Below are positions 53,101 to 64,000 of a stretch of DNA of 64,000 nt, piece after piece; position 1 is the stretch's first letter; each line of letters starts with the position of its first letter. The notes below the pieces were generated by a model. The model did no database searches and was not told the DNA's origin. It saw only the letters and a program-made list of their open reading frames with translations. Made by a program: the position numbers and the translations under genes. This DNA is from Tubulanus polymorphus (taxonomy: Eukaryota > Animalia > Nemertea), in contig NC_134027.1 of assembly GCF_964204645.1 (NCBI RefSeq), positions 7,782,485-7,846,484 on the forward strand. Direction: 5' to 3'.

Positions 53101-54646
53101 GACGTTTAACCCCTCGAGACCACAAGAACGAATTTCTTATTCCCGTCAAAATGTCATCCTCCGCATGGACTCGAACTGGCTGGCATCCAGGAAGGTGCGA
53201 ACCCTGCCACTTGGTTTGCCTATGGTGATCGTACGAAAACCTTCAGTGTTCTCAAAGATATTATCGACAGTTTTCTAAAACCCTTACGAATGACACAGAG
53301 ATTTCCATGATTATATCATTAGCTTGTAGTTAATCATTTATTTGGAGAATGTGTGATTTTCCAGTTCGGTTATCTGAGCAGTTTGTTTTTTCCTTTGACA
53401 TCGTCGACCTGGGACCGTCTCAGGATGTTAAAGATGCGTGTTGTTATGACAGCTTTTATCACGACACTCTTTTGACACCCCAATCACCGAGTCAAATCGT
53501 TAAGCCGAACGAAATCTGCATATTCGTGACACAACTACTCACGAGTGGCACTGAATATATTCTGTAATGGTTAATCCTCTTGCTTAATCAGTTAGTTATT
53601 AGTCTGGATGATTTCGAAATCATTTCATACTTACGCTCTAACCTTTAAAAAGCAGTGCAAACGCAATTAGCCCACCATTGGTTGACATTAATCAATTATC
53701 TATGTATAGAGTTTCGACCATCAGTGACTATACATGTATATGTACCATTTTTCCCTTGTAAATGCATTACACTCTAATTGTCATTATGTAAATGACCTGA
53801 GTTTATCGGAAAATTAAGTAAATTAAAGTATCTTTATGGCGTCCGTCTCAAATCTGACTTCGTATATATATATTCGTAAATTGCGACATGAAAATCATTC
53901 TGATAGAAAAAGAGACTTGATTTAGGGCAATTTGAGCCCGGACATAATTTGTTCAGTGCTGTTCTCTCGATGTCATCGTGTAGTGCTGCTGGACCCAATC
54001 TTAGTGACCGACTACGTTCTGTAATTAATTTCTGATACTGACAATGCAATGTAATGAGTGTGACACGGACTCCGAGAATATAACAGTATGAGACGTATAT
54101 GTATATGCATAATTTATCACTAAATTCTATACTAACAACGGTGAGCATAAGTAGAACTCAAATACCAAAAGTATGTGCCGGTTTCTCGTGTTTCTTTGGT
54201 ATGGAGCAGCGTCAATAATTTTTCTAGTGAATTTTCGATATATAGATATCTAGTCTTGTAAAAAGATATAGAAAACCGAAAATGTTTAAAAATGTTTCCC
54301 GTTGACATCCGGTAGAGAAATTCCAATTGGTGATACGAGCTCATGATGCATATTCGCGTATTGAAACTGTGTCGTGATATCGGTAACGGCGCCACGTAAC
54401 ATCATAACATAATTAGTATATATCACATAATTCTGGAAAAACGCTTGAAATTCCCAAATCTATCCTGTCTCTAGGCTGGCGTATCAAAGCGTTCTACGTA
54501 TGTGAGCTCTGGCGTATACGTACGTCGTGTGAATTATTAATTTCTCTAACAGTTTTGATAATGTCCGAGCAAAAAATGATTATGGTATTATTTCGTTTTG
54601 TAACGGTATATTGTATTCAAAATTCAAAAAATGATTAAACGATTAT

Positions 54647-54918
54647 CAGGCCCATGCCGAGGTGGTTCAGCCGAAGCGAACAAACCCCCCATATATTTAT
54701 CAAGATCATGATTTATCAAGATTTATCAAGATTTTTCAAAATTTGGATACAATTTTCGTCATTTTTGGGAAATGAAAAGTAATCCACTCTCAAATGATTT
54801 ATTCAGATAGGCCTACATATTTAAGATCTGTCCTTTTTCGATAGGAAAGTGCTCCTTTTGACGGTGAAAAAATGAAAGAGAATAGAACTGCCCCTCCAAA
54901 AGGTTTGGCATGGGCCCG
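54647..54918. mobile_element. MITE with CAGG termini and a 5-bp target duplication (hAT5-like)
   Basis: CAGGCCCATGCC ... GGCATGGGCCCG, flanked by ATTAT on both sides. Confidence 0.6.
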
Positions 54919-55344
54919 ATTATACAATCTACGACTCGATGTGAAAATTGAGATAGGTAGGGCCTACCATCCACCAACTAAACGTTATGTTTTCTTGTGT
55001 ATATACATATGTTATTTCTATCTGTTTTAAGATAATAAAGTAATATACACGTATGTATCGTATATAACTTTGCGACAGGTTCATATTAGTATAATACTCA
55101 CGCGTAAAAATCTTATGTAACGGTTAAGTTTTATCTTTCATTTATTGCTGATGAAATTATTCATGAATTATTTTTTTTGGAGATTTATTTAGTGCGCGAA
55201 ATATTCTAATAGTCTTTTTTTTCATAAAATCACGCGTCATATCAGGAGCAGTCACGTTCACCGATCCCGCTGAAAGTCAATACGTAGATTCTGCCACCCG
55301 AAGAAGCCCCGAACACAAATTTGGAGGTCGGGGTCGGAAGAAGA

Positions 55345-55964
55345 ATGGCGAACGAATTTCTCATTCCCGGTTATCCAATGATTTGGCTGGCGCGTAATAC
55401 TGGCCAACCAGCAACGAGCGCAGTAACACTCGCTTACCAAAACGACGCCGGACCTTTGTATCTGGCCGTGGCAGATACAAACATCGGACGCATCCCCGGT
55501 AAAGCGATGAAAGGCACTTGTTGGTATTCAATCAACGGCAAAGAAGAGGAAACGGCTGCGTTTTGGTGGATATGTGCCTCTTCGCAGCTCAAGTTATACG
55601 TAAGACCATATACATTTAATTCACGATCCAATTGTGCAAGACGTAATTCTAGAGTTCAGTATATATAGCTAGTTTTAGCGTTAGTTTTAATTTGATAGCA
55701 TTCTACTTGAATCTTTATAGAAACTGCATGCTTCAATTACGTCATCATCAACCTATCATTTCTTTACAGCGAGGTGATTTTCCAAGGGGGCCACTGGCCA
55801 GTGGTTACCAGCACGATGGCTCCGGTTTGTACTATAGCGTCGTCGCAGATACAAGTTACGGAACTATACCGGGAAAGATCTGTGCCTCGAGTCGTTTGTG
55901 TAGTTATCCGTATGGAGGAAAAGAGCACACCACTGACAACTTCTCATACGTTATTTTCGTGTAA
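55345..55964 (+). CDS. DM9-repeat lectin-like protein, copy 1 (149 aa)
   Basis: Exons 55345-55599 and 55770-55964, phase 0. Two repeats of the DM9-type pattern G-x-LY-x(8)-G-x-IPGK...C-x-Y-x(3)-GKE. No signal peptide. Confidence 0.8.
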
Positions 55965-56070
55965 TGAGAAAATATTTTCATTTTTGAATATCTTTGAATG
56001 TGTACCTCAAAATCATGTAAAGAAGTTAGTACATTTTGTAACAAATAATTGTAGTGCCACATAAATGTGA

Positions 56071-56245
56071 CTGATTCGGGCCATAGTAAAAAATTTCTGT
56101 TCGGCTAGAGGTAGATAAATATTTTGTTTACATGGCCCATATTGTTTTCTCGCACGAAAAAACCAAATCGTTTTGTTTTTTTTTTTCAAAAGAATGGGCC
56201 AATGGGCCTCTAGCCGTACAGAAATCGTTGTATGGCCCGAATCAG
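56071..56245. mobile_element. MITE with long inverted termini
   Basis: Perfect 15-bp CTGATTCGGGCCATA / TATGGCCCGAATCAG, plus inner inverted blocks ATTTCTGTTCGGCTAGAGG / CCTCTAGCCGTACAGAAAT. Confidence 0.65.
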
Positions 56246-57124
56246 CCACCATGGTGTCACATACAAAGATATTTATAAATTAATTAATTTTCAAATAATT
56301 CGAATATTCGTACCGTGATTTCTTTACCATTTGGATGGTTGTTGCAGTAAAGTAACTTTACATATAATCCTAAACAACAAAACGTGTGTTGTATTAAAAC
56401 TTTAGTGCAAACAACATTCGATTACTCTTATTGCTTGTAAATAATCTGGCTCTGAAACATGCTGACAAACGCACGACCGATAGACTTGCACCATGTCTTC
56501 TTCTCCGAGGGCATTCTATGCAAACTATATTGACTCGAAATGTCTTAAAAATTTCCCGCTCCGACAGATGTCCATAAGGTATTAAACATCGTTTTGGGTA
56601 CATGTACATAGGTACATATCCTTGACTCATACTATGTAGCGATCGAGCACGTCGTTTTCACGAACGGCGCTGCTATACGCGGAAGTTCAGCATATCAAGC
56701 AGTAAACAACAGGCAAGTGCGGATTAAATTTTGTTTCAGAATAAGGCCCTTATTATTTTGTGTTGGTCTACTTTGCAACGATGAGAATGTCAGTGAGCCT
56801 CTAGGGCTTCGATTGGGACACCACCACTTCGGTGGGTCCACTTCAGTGGTGAATTATGGACTGGCTAGTAGTTATTATATGGGTTGTAGTATTACAAGCC
56901 ACTAGTGTACTAACTCCACCTACGCTCGGCTGGTAAAGTCTATAATACTGGTAGTATAATAGGACGAAGTACTGTACACTATTGATTTGCGACACTGCTT
57001 GATTCGAAACAGCTAATAGCGGGAATTACAAATTGTGTCTATCGAGAAAAAGTATTAAATTGGGCACAAAACGGATAACTCGTGTCGGTGACACGTGCCT
57101 CGACGTAATCGGTTTATAGGGAAT

Positions 57125-57386
57125 TAGAGGGGATCCAGGGGGTCCTAGGGTTCCAGACCATCGTGTCGGTGCACTTATTAGTATAAAAAAACACTACTTG
57201 CAATCGCACCACAACGATGGATGAGGGATCAGAGCAGCGCTTTTCTAGACTATTAAAGCCATGGGTTTCTATTGCAAACGGGTCTTTTGCCTCCAAAACC
57301 CGTCAGAATGTCTCAAAACCATCTTTGATTTTCAACAGTTTTAGTGCTCTTTGTATCATTGAACACAGGCCCTGGATCCGACCCTG
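57125..57386. mobile_element. hAT-like MITE remnant (GGATCCAGGG...CCCTGGATCC)
   Basis: Inverted GGATCCAGGG motifs near both ends, similar to the element at 58344. Confidence 0.45.
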
Positions 57387-57582
57387 GGGTTCAAACTTTT
57401 TTATTCCACTTTATTGAATGTCATTATGGATTCAGGGTCCATAGCACATTGTTTTATTACACCCGTGCGATCTATCTGAGTGCATCTGCGTAGGCTACGT
57501 GTTTGGTTTTATTGTGCCATTCCTGCCAGAAATCATTTCAATAGTCTGTGCTCCTATGTATACGGTCATCTCTTGCAGATCG

Positions 57583-58142
57583 ATGGCGAACGAATTTCTC
57601 ATTCCCGGTTGTTCAACGATTTGGCTGGCCCGACACACTGGCCAGGTAGCAATGAGCGCGGTAACACTCGCTTACCAAAACAACGTCGGACCTTTGTATC
57701 TGGCCGTGGCAGATACCCCTATCGGACGCATCCCTGGTAAAGCCATGAAGGATACTTGTTGGTATTCAATCAACGGCAAAGAAGAGGCAACAAATAAATT
57801 CTGGTGGATCTGTGCCACTTCACAGCTTAGCCTATCTGTAAGCCACACGTAACGAAGTCTTTTTGACATGAAACCTCGATTACTTGTTTGTTTCGATTCT
57901 ATTCAAAAATAAACCTTGGCTAGTATTCCAAATAACTTTCTTTACAGCGAGGTGATTTTCCAAGGGGGCCACTGGCCAGTGGTTACCAGCACGATGGCTC
58001 CGGTTTGTATTATAGCGTCGTAGCAGATACAAGTTACGGAACTATACCGGGAAAGATCTGTGCCTCGAGTCGTTTGTGTAGTTATCCATATGGAGGGAAA
58101 GAGCACACCACTGACAACTTCTCATACGTTATCTTTTTGTAA
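57583..58142 (+). CDS. DM9-repeat lectin-like protein, copy 2 (149 aa)
   Basis: Exons 57583-57837 and 57948-58142. Same exon sizes (255 and 195 nt) and intron position as copy 1. Confidence 0.8.
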
Positions 58143-58343
58143 ACTTTATTGTATTACGTAGATATGCCTATTACAAAATGCGATAAAATATATATGTTGT
58201 TGCTCGAATTTGGACCAAGGAATCGCAGGATTTCCGTATGATTGTAGCATAATTTCATCGCATTATAGCACCATTCCTTTCGATCTTATTGTTGCAACAG
58301 TGACAAATTGGGTAACAAAACTAAATGCAAACGGTCCTATAAG

Positions 58344-58563
58344 CAGGGGTGGATCCAGCGAGTAAATGAGACTATATTTTAGATTGCTCATGATCTACCG
58401 ACGCCGGGGAAGATTATTGAAGGGGGTTTGGGGTTAGTCCTACAAGACAATTAGAATGGCTAGTCTTATCCGTTGGGCATTCTGGACCTATCTCTTCTAA
58501 AAACATATTGGTAAAATTTTTTTACCCTGGGATACAATGGAATATATATTGGATCCGCCCCTG
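58344..58563. mobile_element. hAT-like MITE
   Basis: CAGGGGTGGATCCA ... TGGATCCGCCCCTG, 13/14 inverted match. Confidence 0.6.
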
Positions 58564-58808
58564 ATATATTCGTCAGCGTCATGCCACGGTTTATATGTTG
58601 ATATTTTAATTCAATAAAATCGCTGATTATCTTTTAGCTTTTTCATGGAAAATTCCAAATATTTTGTACATGTTATGAAAATAAAATCTGAAACAATGAC
58701 CTTTCTACATTCATTTACGTTCATATCAGGAAGTCGCGAATATTAAATCAACAATAGGATTCGAACCCACATTCACCTGGTTGCCATAGATGGACTATTT
58801 GTTTAAAC

Positions 58809-60970
58809 ATGGCGGACACGCTCTTGCTGAAAGCGCTACGTTCACAACCAAAGTGCTTAAATTTAACGTCAAAAAGACTCAAAAAGGTTCCAAAAGCAAT
58901 CGGACAGCTAAATAAAGTGACGCAAGTTCTACTTAAGAATAACCAGTTGACGGATTTACCGAAGGAATTCGCGTCATTAGCACAGGTAGGTAACACCTTC
59001 AGATAAACATGTAATTTCGATGGTGGTGGCAGCACTATACGGTACACAACGTTGCGGGCTTGATTTTGCTGAATCTGTTCTTTTCCACAGTTAGAAGGTC
59101 TCAATTTGGGGAACAATAACTTGGAGCAAATTCCGAACGCTTTACAGTATCTAGAAAGTCTCCAAACCTTGCATTTGTTCAACAATAACATAACTACACT
59201 ATCAGCTGATGTTTTATGTAAGTTTATGCAAACGGCAGTGGATTTCAGATTTATTATGTTTATATATTTCATTGTAACATTATTTTCTCCTACAGGGCCA
59301 CTTCAGAATTTGAAACTTCTAAACTTAAACCAAAATTGTCTCCAAAAGTTACCAGCAGAGATATGCCGGTAAGTTTTGATTAGAAACTATTCCTTGATTT
59401 TCGTTCAAAATGAATAGGATATTTTTTCTAATGTTTCTTCCGTTATGGAAAGGAAATTTCTGTCAGATCTCCATAACCTATTAAGATATCTAATATTTTC
59501 TATTTCCGAAATATTGAATTACAAATCTTTTTCTGTCTTCAGACTGACAAATTTGGAACATTTGAGCCTGGATAACAATGAACTTGTTGAGCTTCCAGTG
59601 GAGTTATGTGCATTGACGAATCTTCGCGAATTACATATAGCTTACAACCAACTGACTACCCTACCGCTCGAATTCGGATTTCTGATGAACTTAGAACGGT
59701 TGCATTTACAAAGAAACAAACTCAAAGAGTTACCAGAGGTAGGATTCAGGAGGATGTCATTGGGAATCATTGAAATTCCTTAGCCTATTCCTTACCCTTC
59801 CTTAAACTGTATACTTTGGTGACTCATAGACCCAGCTGGCCATGTGTTAAAATCTTTCTATCGAAAATAGTTACAAAGCAATATCTTTAAGACACATGGC
59901 ACATTAAAGAAGTCTTCTATCTGTCTATCTAAAGTTTGTATTGTATCATTTTTCTTTTAGAGTATGGGGAAATTGTATAAACTGAAAACCTTGGATATAG
60001 CTGCAAATGAATTAAGAATCTTTCCAACAGAGGTATGCTATTCATTCCTTTGGTGATCGTTTTTCAAATCATTATTGTAGACTTACTTACTGAAGACCTC
60101 TTTTATTGTATTCCTCAATGGGTTTGCTATCATTTTCTTTCAGATAACGAATCTTCCATTGAAAGAAATATACTTCGAAGCGAATCCTCTTTTACAACAT
60201 CTACCAGTGCATTCTATTCAAGAAGAAGAAGTCCTTGGGTTAAAGGTATAAAAGAACGACATTCTGATATCTAGTTTAATCATTCAAAATTCCAATAGGG
60301 GTCATTCATTCATTACCTACGCATTGGGGGATGGGGAGGGGTGTAATTGCGTACTGTAATGCTTAATGTATGGCTGAGTTTGCGTACAAGGGGCGAGGGG
60401 TGAGATGAAAAATTCAAATTTTATGTACACCTGATATGAATAATCCCATACCAATTTTCTCTGCGGATCAACTGCCATTCATACTCATTTCAGGAAATGG
60501 TGGCAAGGTTTATAATGAAAGAACTGAAAGATAGGTACGGGTAATTTCAACAAATATTTTTTTATCCTCAAATTTCGTTCTATAATACAATGTTAGAATT
60601 AATGATTCTTTGGCTCTCTTCCGCTTGTAGGTCATCGTACTTACGTGTCCAAATCAAATATCACCCGCAGGTTCGTGATATTTTGGCACAGTCGAGTAAA
60701 TGTTCAGTTTGTTCGGAATCATTTCTCAATACATGGTTAGAATGCGTTCAGTTCATCAACACCAAAAAGGTTCGTACTTACCTGAGCTGAAAAAAATATG
60801 AAAGATTTCCATAACATGAATCTCGGTCTGCTCAGGTCGTATTTTATTCTTTTCGATAGACGATGAAAACATCGAATGGCGGTGGCGTTATTCCAGTACG
60901 TGCTTTACTCTGTTCGTATAAGTGCTTCAACAGCGCCGGACATCAGTATTACGGAGTGGCTTTTCCCTGA
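58809..60970 (+). CDS. LRRC69: Leucine-rich repeat-containing protein 69 (345 aa)
   Basis: Exons 58809-58985, 59091-59217, 59296-59368, 59543-59738, 59961-60032, 60144-60245, 60494-60534, 60631-60769, 60860-60970, all in phase. N-terminus LLLKAL, LRR array, C-terminal CSVCSESFLNTWLECVQF..LLCSYKCF as in LRRC69. Confidence 0.88.
60297..60450. mobile_element. Degenerate MITE in LRRC69 intron 6
   Basis: TAGGGGTCATTCATTCATTAC start, G-rich interior, TGAATAATCCCATA end (weak inverted match). Confidence 0.35.
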
Positions 60971-61570
60971 GTCCAACGCAACGATGGAACTATATAAGAA
61001 ATTTCTGAACTAGCGGCTGTGGAAATTAATTTTCGTAAAATCCTTTTCGAGTAGTTCTCAATTGGTTTTATATAAATCATGTGGAACAGCGAATCGGCAG
61101 CGAAAAGACGAACACTTTTTTCTGGCTCGAAATCATTGCGTTGTTTTTCTTTAATTTGTGATTACAACATAATATCGTAATGTTTATATGTTTTTTCGTT
61201 GTAAAAGAATAATATTTTATTTGTAAAAAAATGTCTAATAAACTTTTTGATCGTGTGTACGACAGTCGTTTCAGCGCGGTTTATGTTGGTGCCGGAGCAC
61301 TGATCCACCACGTTATCGAATTCAATATTCATCCTGCATCACATTTTGAAATGAAAAATATTTCATTTTACAGTTTTTGGAGCTCCTATTCATCTGCCCT
61401 TTTCAGTTAATTGCAGTTAAATGGCTATATCAATCCCCACGACAAACATTTGAATTTGAGTTTCAAATTAACCACCATAGCATTATTTACATTGTTAAAT
61501 TTCCGTTTCTGCGCAACGATGACTTTTTGACAGCGACTTCATTGTAATAAAATATTGGTGGTCACCCGAA

Positions 61571-62815
61571 ATGAGACAAAAACAAAGAAGCGCTGGGAGA
61601 GGCCGGACGAGAAGCTGTGAAGTTGAACCGACAAAAATATATAATTCTCGAAATGTATTCGAAACCCTTCGCGAGCATCACGGTCGAAATTGCTTCGCCA
61701 ATTACAGCACAGCCGGAAAGGTCAGGAATGCGCTTTACCGTTTTATACGTTTACAAGGTAACTACAGCCGGGTCGTGTCAGGATTGATCAAAGAAGCTAT
61801 TGACTATTTCAGTAAGATGAGCTTTTTGAACGATATCGGCGCGTCCGATGAATCGTCCACGTGTACAAACGAGGTTTTATACTTGGCAGCTCATGTTTGT
61901 TACAAGTTTAACGTCGAAGACTCGGATTTGGTTTCAGCCGTTTTCGAAAAAGTCATGGCATCTTGCGGCAATTTCGATCGGTTTTTTGAGTTTCTCGACC
62001 CGATGTCCTTAGTGTTTGAAATCGAAAATAATCTTTATCCGTATCGTTACAACGAAAAAGACGGACACATAACCAAGGCGAGGCTTCGGGCTTTGGAATA
62101 TTTCATTCCTTATATTACCAGATACAAGGCCACCCAGATGTTTTTCGATCCACTATCGTTGCTGCCTTCGGAATCCGATGATTTCGTTCTTACGGCTAAA
62201 CGTGTCCGGGTGGCTTTGATAGATTCGCCTCTGAATAGCTGTCGGGGTTCGACCCCGATTTTACTGGCGTGTCATTCGTGCAGTCCAGAAGCAGTGCAAC
62301 TACTGCTACGATACGGCTGCAAAGCGATGCCGGTTGAGGCGAATGGACCCGGTCTAGTGCAGCCCGACATCAACACTAGACATTTCCAACCGATCTACCA
62401 AGTCACCAGCAAACTGAACGCGTTAGTGTTTTGGCGATCGCGAAATGTTTTCGATCATCTTACCGAAGAGGAGAATGACGAACTACAAAATCAACTGCAA
62501 AAACGCGAATCTGTCCTCGTCGATATTCTGAAACTGTTCGGCGCGGCTGTTAGGAAATTACCAGTAAAAATTGCCGCGGGTGATTCCCTGGTTTCTACCC
62601 AATCGACGTCGTTGATGTTTTATTTGAATCCGTATTACGCGAAATATCCAGATCTCGTGTTAATGTGTTCGCCCGGACCGTCGCCGTTAGTTCATTTGTG
62701 CCGTTGTGCCATCCGGGAAACAATGCGTGAGTGTGAAACTCTGCCGTCTGGTATCAATAAATTACCGTTGCCGAAAATGATACAGAAATACTTGGATCTG
62801 CATTTGCAGTACTGA
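61571..62815 (+). CDS. Intronless protein with one ankyrin repeat and a C-terminal SOCS box (ASB17/STOPS-like), 414 aa
   Basis: Single ORF. Ankyrin-like GSTPILLACHSCSPEAVQLLLRYG; SOCS box PSPLVHLCRCAIRETM...INKLPLPKMIQKYL. Confidence 0.8.
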   Translation: MRQKQRSAGRGRTRSCEVEPTKIYNSRNVFETLREHHGRNCFANYSTAGKVRNALYRFIRLQGNYSRVVSGLIKEAIDYFSKMSFLNDIGASDESSTCTNEVLYLAAHVCYKFNVEDSDLVSAVFEKVMASCGNFDRFFEFLDPMSLVFEIENNLYPYRYNEKDGHITKARLRALEYFIPYITRYKATQMFFDPLSLLPSESDDFVLTAKRVRVALIDSPLNSCRGSTPILLACHSCSPEAVQLLLRYGCKAMPVEANGPGLVQPDINTRHFQPIYQVTSKLNALVFWRSRNVFDHLTEEENDELQNQLQKRESVLVDILKLFGAAVRKLPVKIAAGDSLVSTQSTSLMFYLNPYYAKYPDLVLMCSPGPSPLVHLCRCAIRETMRECETLPSGINKLPLPKMIQKYLDLHLQY

Positions 62816-64000
62816 TTTTTTGTCGCATAGATCTTGGAGTAATCATTAGAGCAGCACTGTTTGGACGTCCACAAACTAGCCTAGTTCATGTTGAGTTGAG
62901 TTGCGAGTGAGAGAAAGCCTGGACAGATATTCACGAAGGTGGATTTTCGTTCGTTACGATGATAGTTTGTAAATGTGATAAGACCTTGATTGTTGTTATC
63001 TATTTCATTAAATGATTATTAGGATTGAAAGGTGTTTTCGACTCTTATTCAAAACGGTTCTTTTCCGACGGCAAGGGCGATATTTAGACGAACGGCTTGA
63101 ATGTCTATTTGAACACAAATATTCAATAGTCTTCCGTATTGATAAATAAGTCGACATTAATCTTAATGAAACTTCAGAAGTTGTACGATACATTAGCTAT
63201 AAAAATATGTGTTATATATAATCTGCTTTCTATCTTTAGCAAAGCTATTTTCTGTCCTATTCTCGAAGAATGGTCGACGTCGGAAATCCGGAGCAGAGCG
63301 AAGAGAGTGAGACTTAACTAACAGCTTGGAATACCAAAACTGGAACTGATTTATTTGTACACACAAACTATTTATATACATTGAGATACGAGACAGGTGG
63401 AGACATGGAAAATGATACAAAAACAAAGGTGACGAGTAGTGACATGACAGTGAGACAAACAACAATTAACACATTAGACACAGACAAACTGTCTCAAGAA
63501 ACAAAGAGCTAATTCACGTAAAAATTTAAACATTAAAGGAATATAGAATATAGATGAAATGTATACAACAATTATTGGACATTTAGTGTTGTTAAATATC
63601 TACAAGTTTCGATGCTTTCTCTAAACTAGCTGGATACCTACTATCTTCTGTTCTTCTGTATCGATTCTTATATTACTTGATCTATTCTGCTTGAGCTATT
63701 TACGCTATTTGTGCTTATTTCTTGAGCTGATGCGCTTCCTACATACAACGAATGCAATGACTACACGAATTCTTATCATCAATCTTGAACTTGAAACTTT
63801 CACTTAATTTTCCGATAGAACTAAAGACATTTTAATCTGTTAAATTAAACTTTAATGATACTGTCACAAGCTATCTAAACATTCTGTTGAATTCTCGTAA
63901 TATATTTGATACAATTACCATTACTAGTTTTGAAATAATAGGCAGATATTGCCTTGCTTCTCAACATTCAATGTCTCTTGCTTGTCAACAGGGTGGAGTA

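Noticed and set aside
55434-57869. Two similar 65-aa minus-strand ORFs (55434-55631 and 57672-57869)
   Set aside because: Antisense shadows of the duplicated DM9-like exon 1.
58748-59272. 174-aa minus-strand ORF
   Set aside because: Antisense to LRRC69 exons 1-2, with no recognisable features.

Overview
AT-rich, intron-dense animal genomic DNA, most likely a lophotrochozoan (it encodes FSEFLGamide and PxFI-amide neuropeptides). All gene models were built by hand from GT-AG sites and reading-frame phase; homology calls are from recognised motifs, not database searches. From left to right: (1) the 5' part of DSTYK on the minus strand, running off the window start; (2) a probable bidirectional promoter followed at once by a 3.6-kb non-coding element with terminal inverted repeats that carries a 190/191-bp dimeric satellite; (3) a 24-exon POMGNT1-like gene with two ILEI/PANDER domains and degenerate catalytic motifs, whose introns hold a nested gene for a secreted Pro/Arg-rich peptide and possibly a nested antisense unit; (4) a neuropeptide gene in which one signal-peptide exon can be spliced to a PxFI-amide exon or to a TRH-type EFLGamide exon; (5) about 18 kb with no recognisable coding sequence and scattered MITEs; (6) two tandem DM9-repeat lectin-like genes; (7) LRRC69; (8) an intronless ankyrin/SOCS-box gene. 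No prokaryotic features, CRISPR arrays, rRNA or intact tRNA genes were found.
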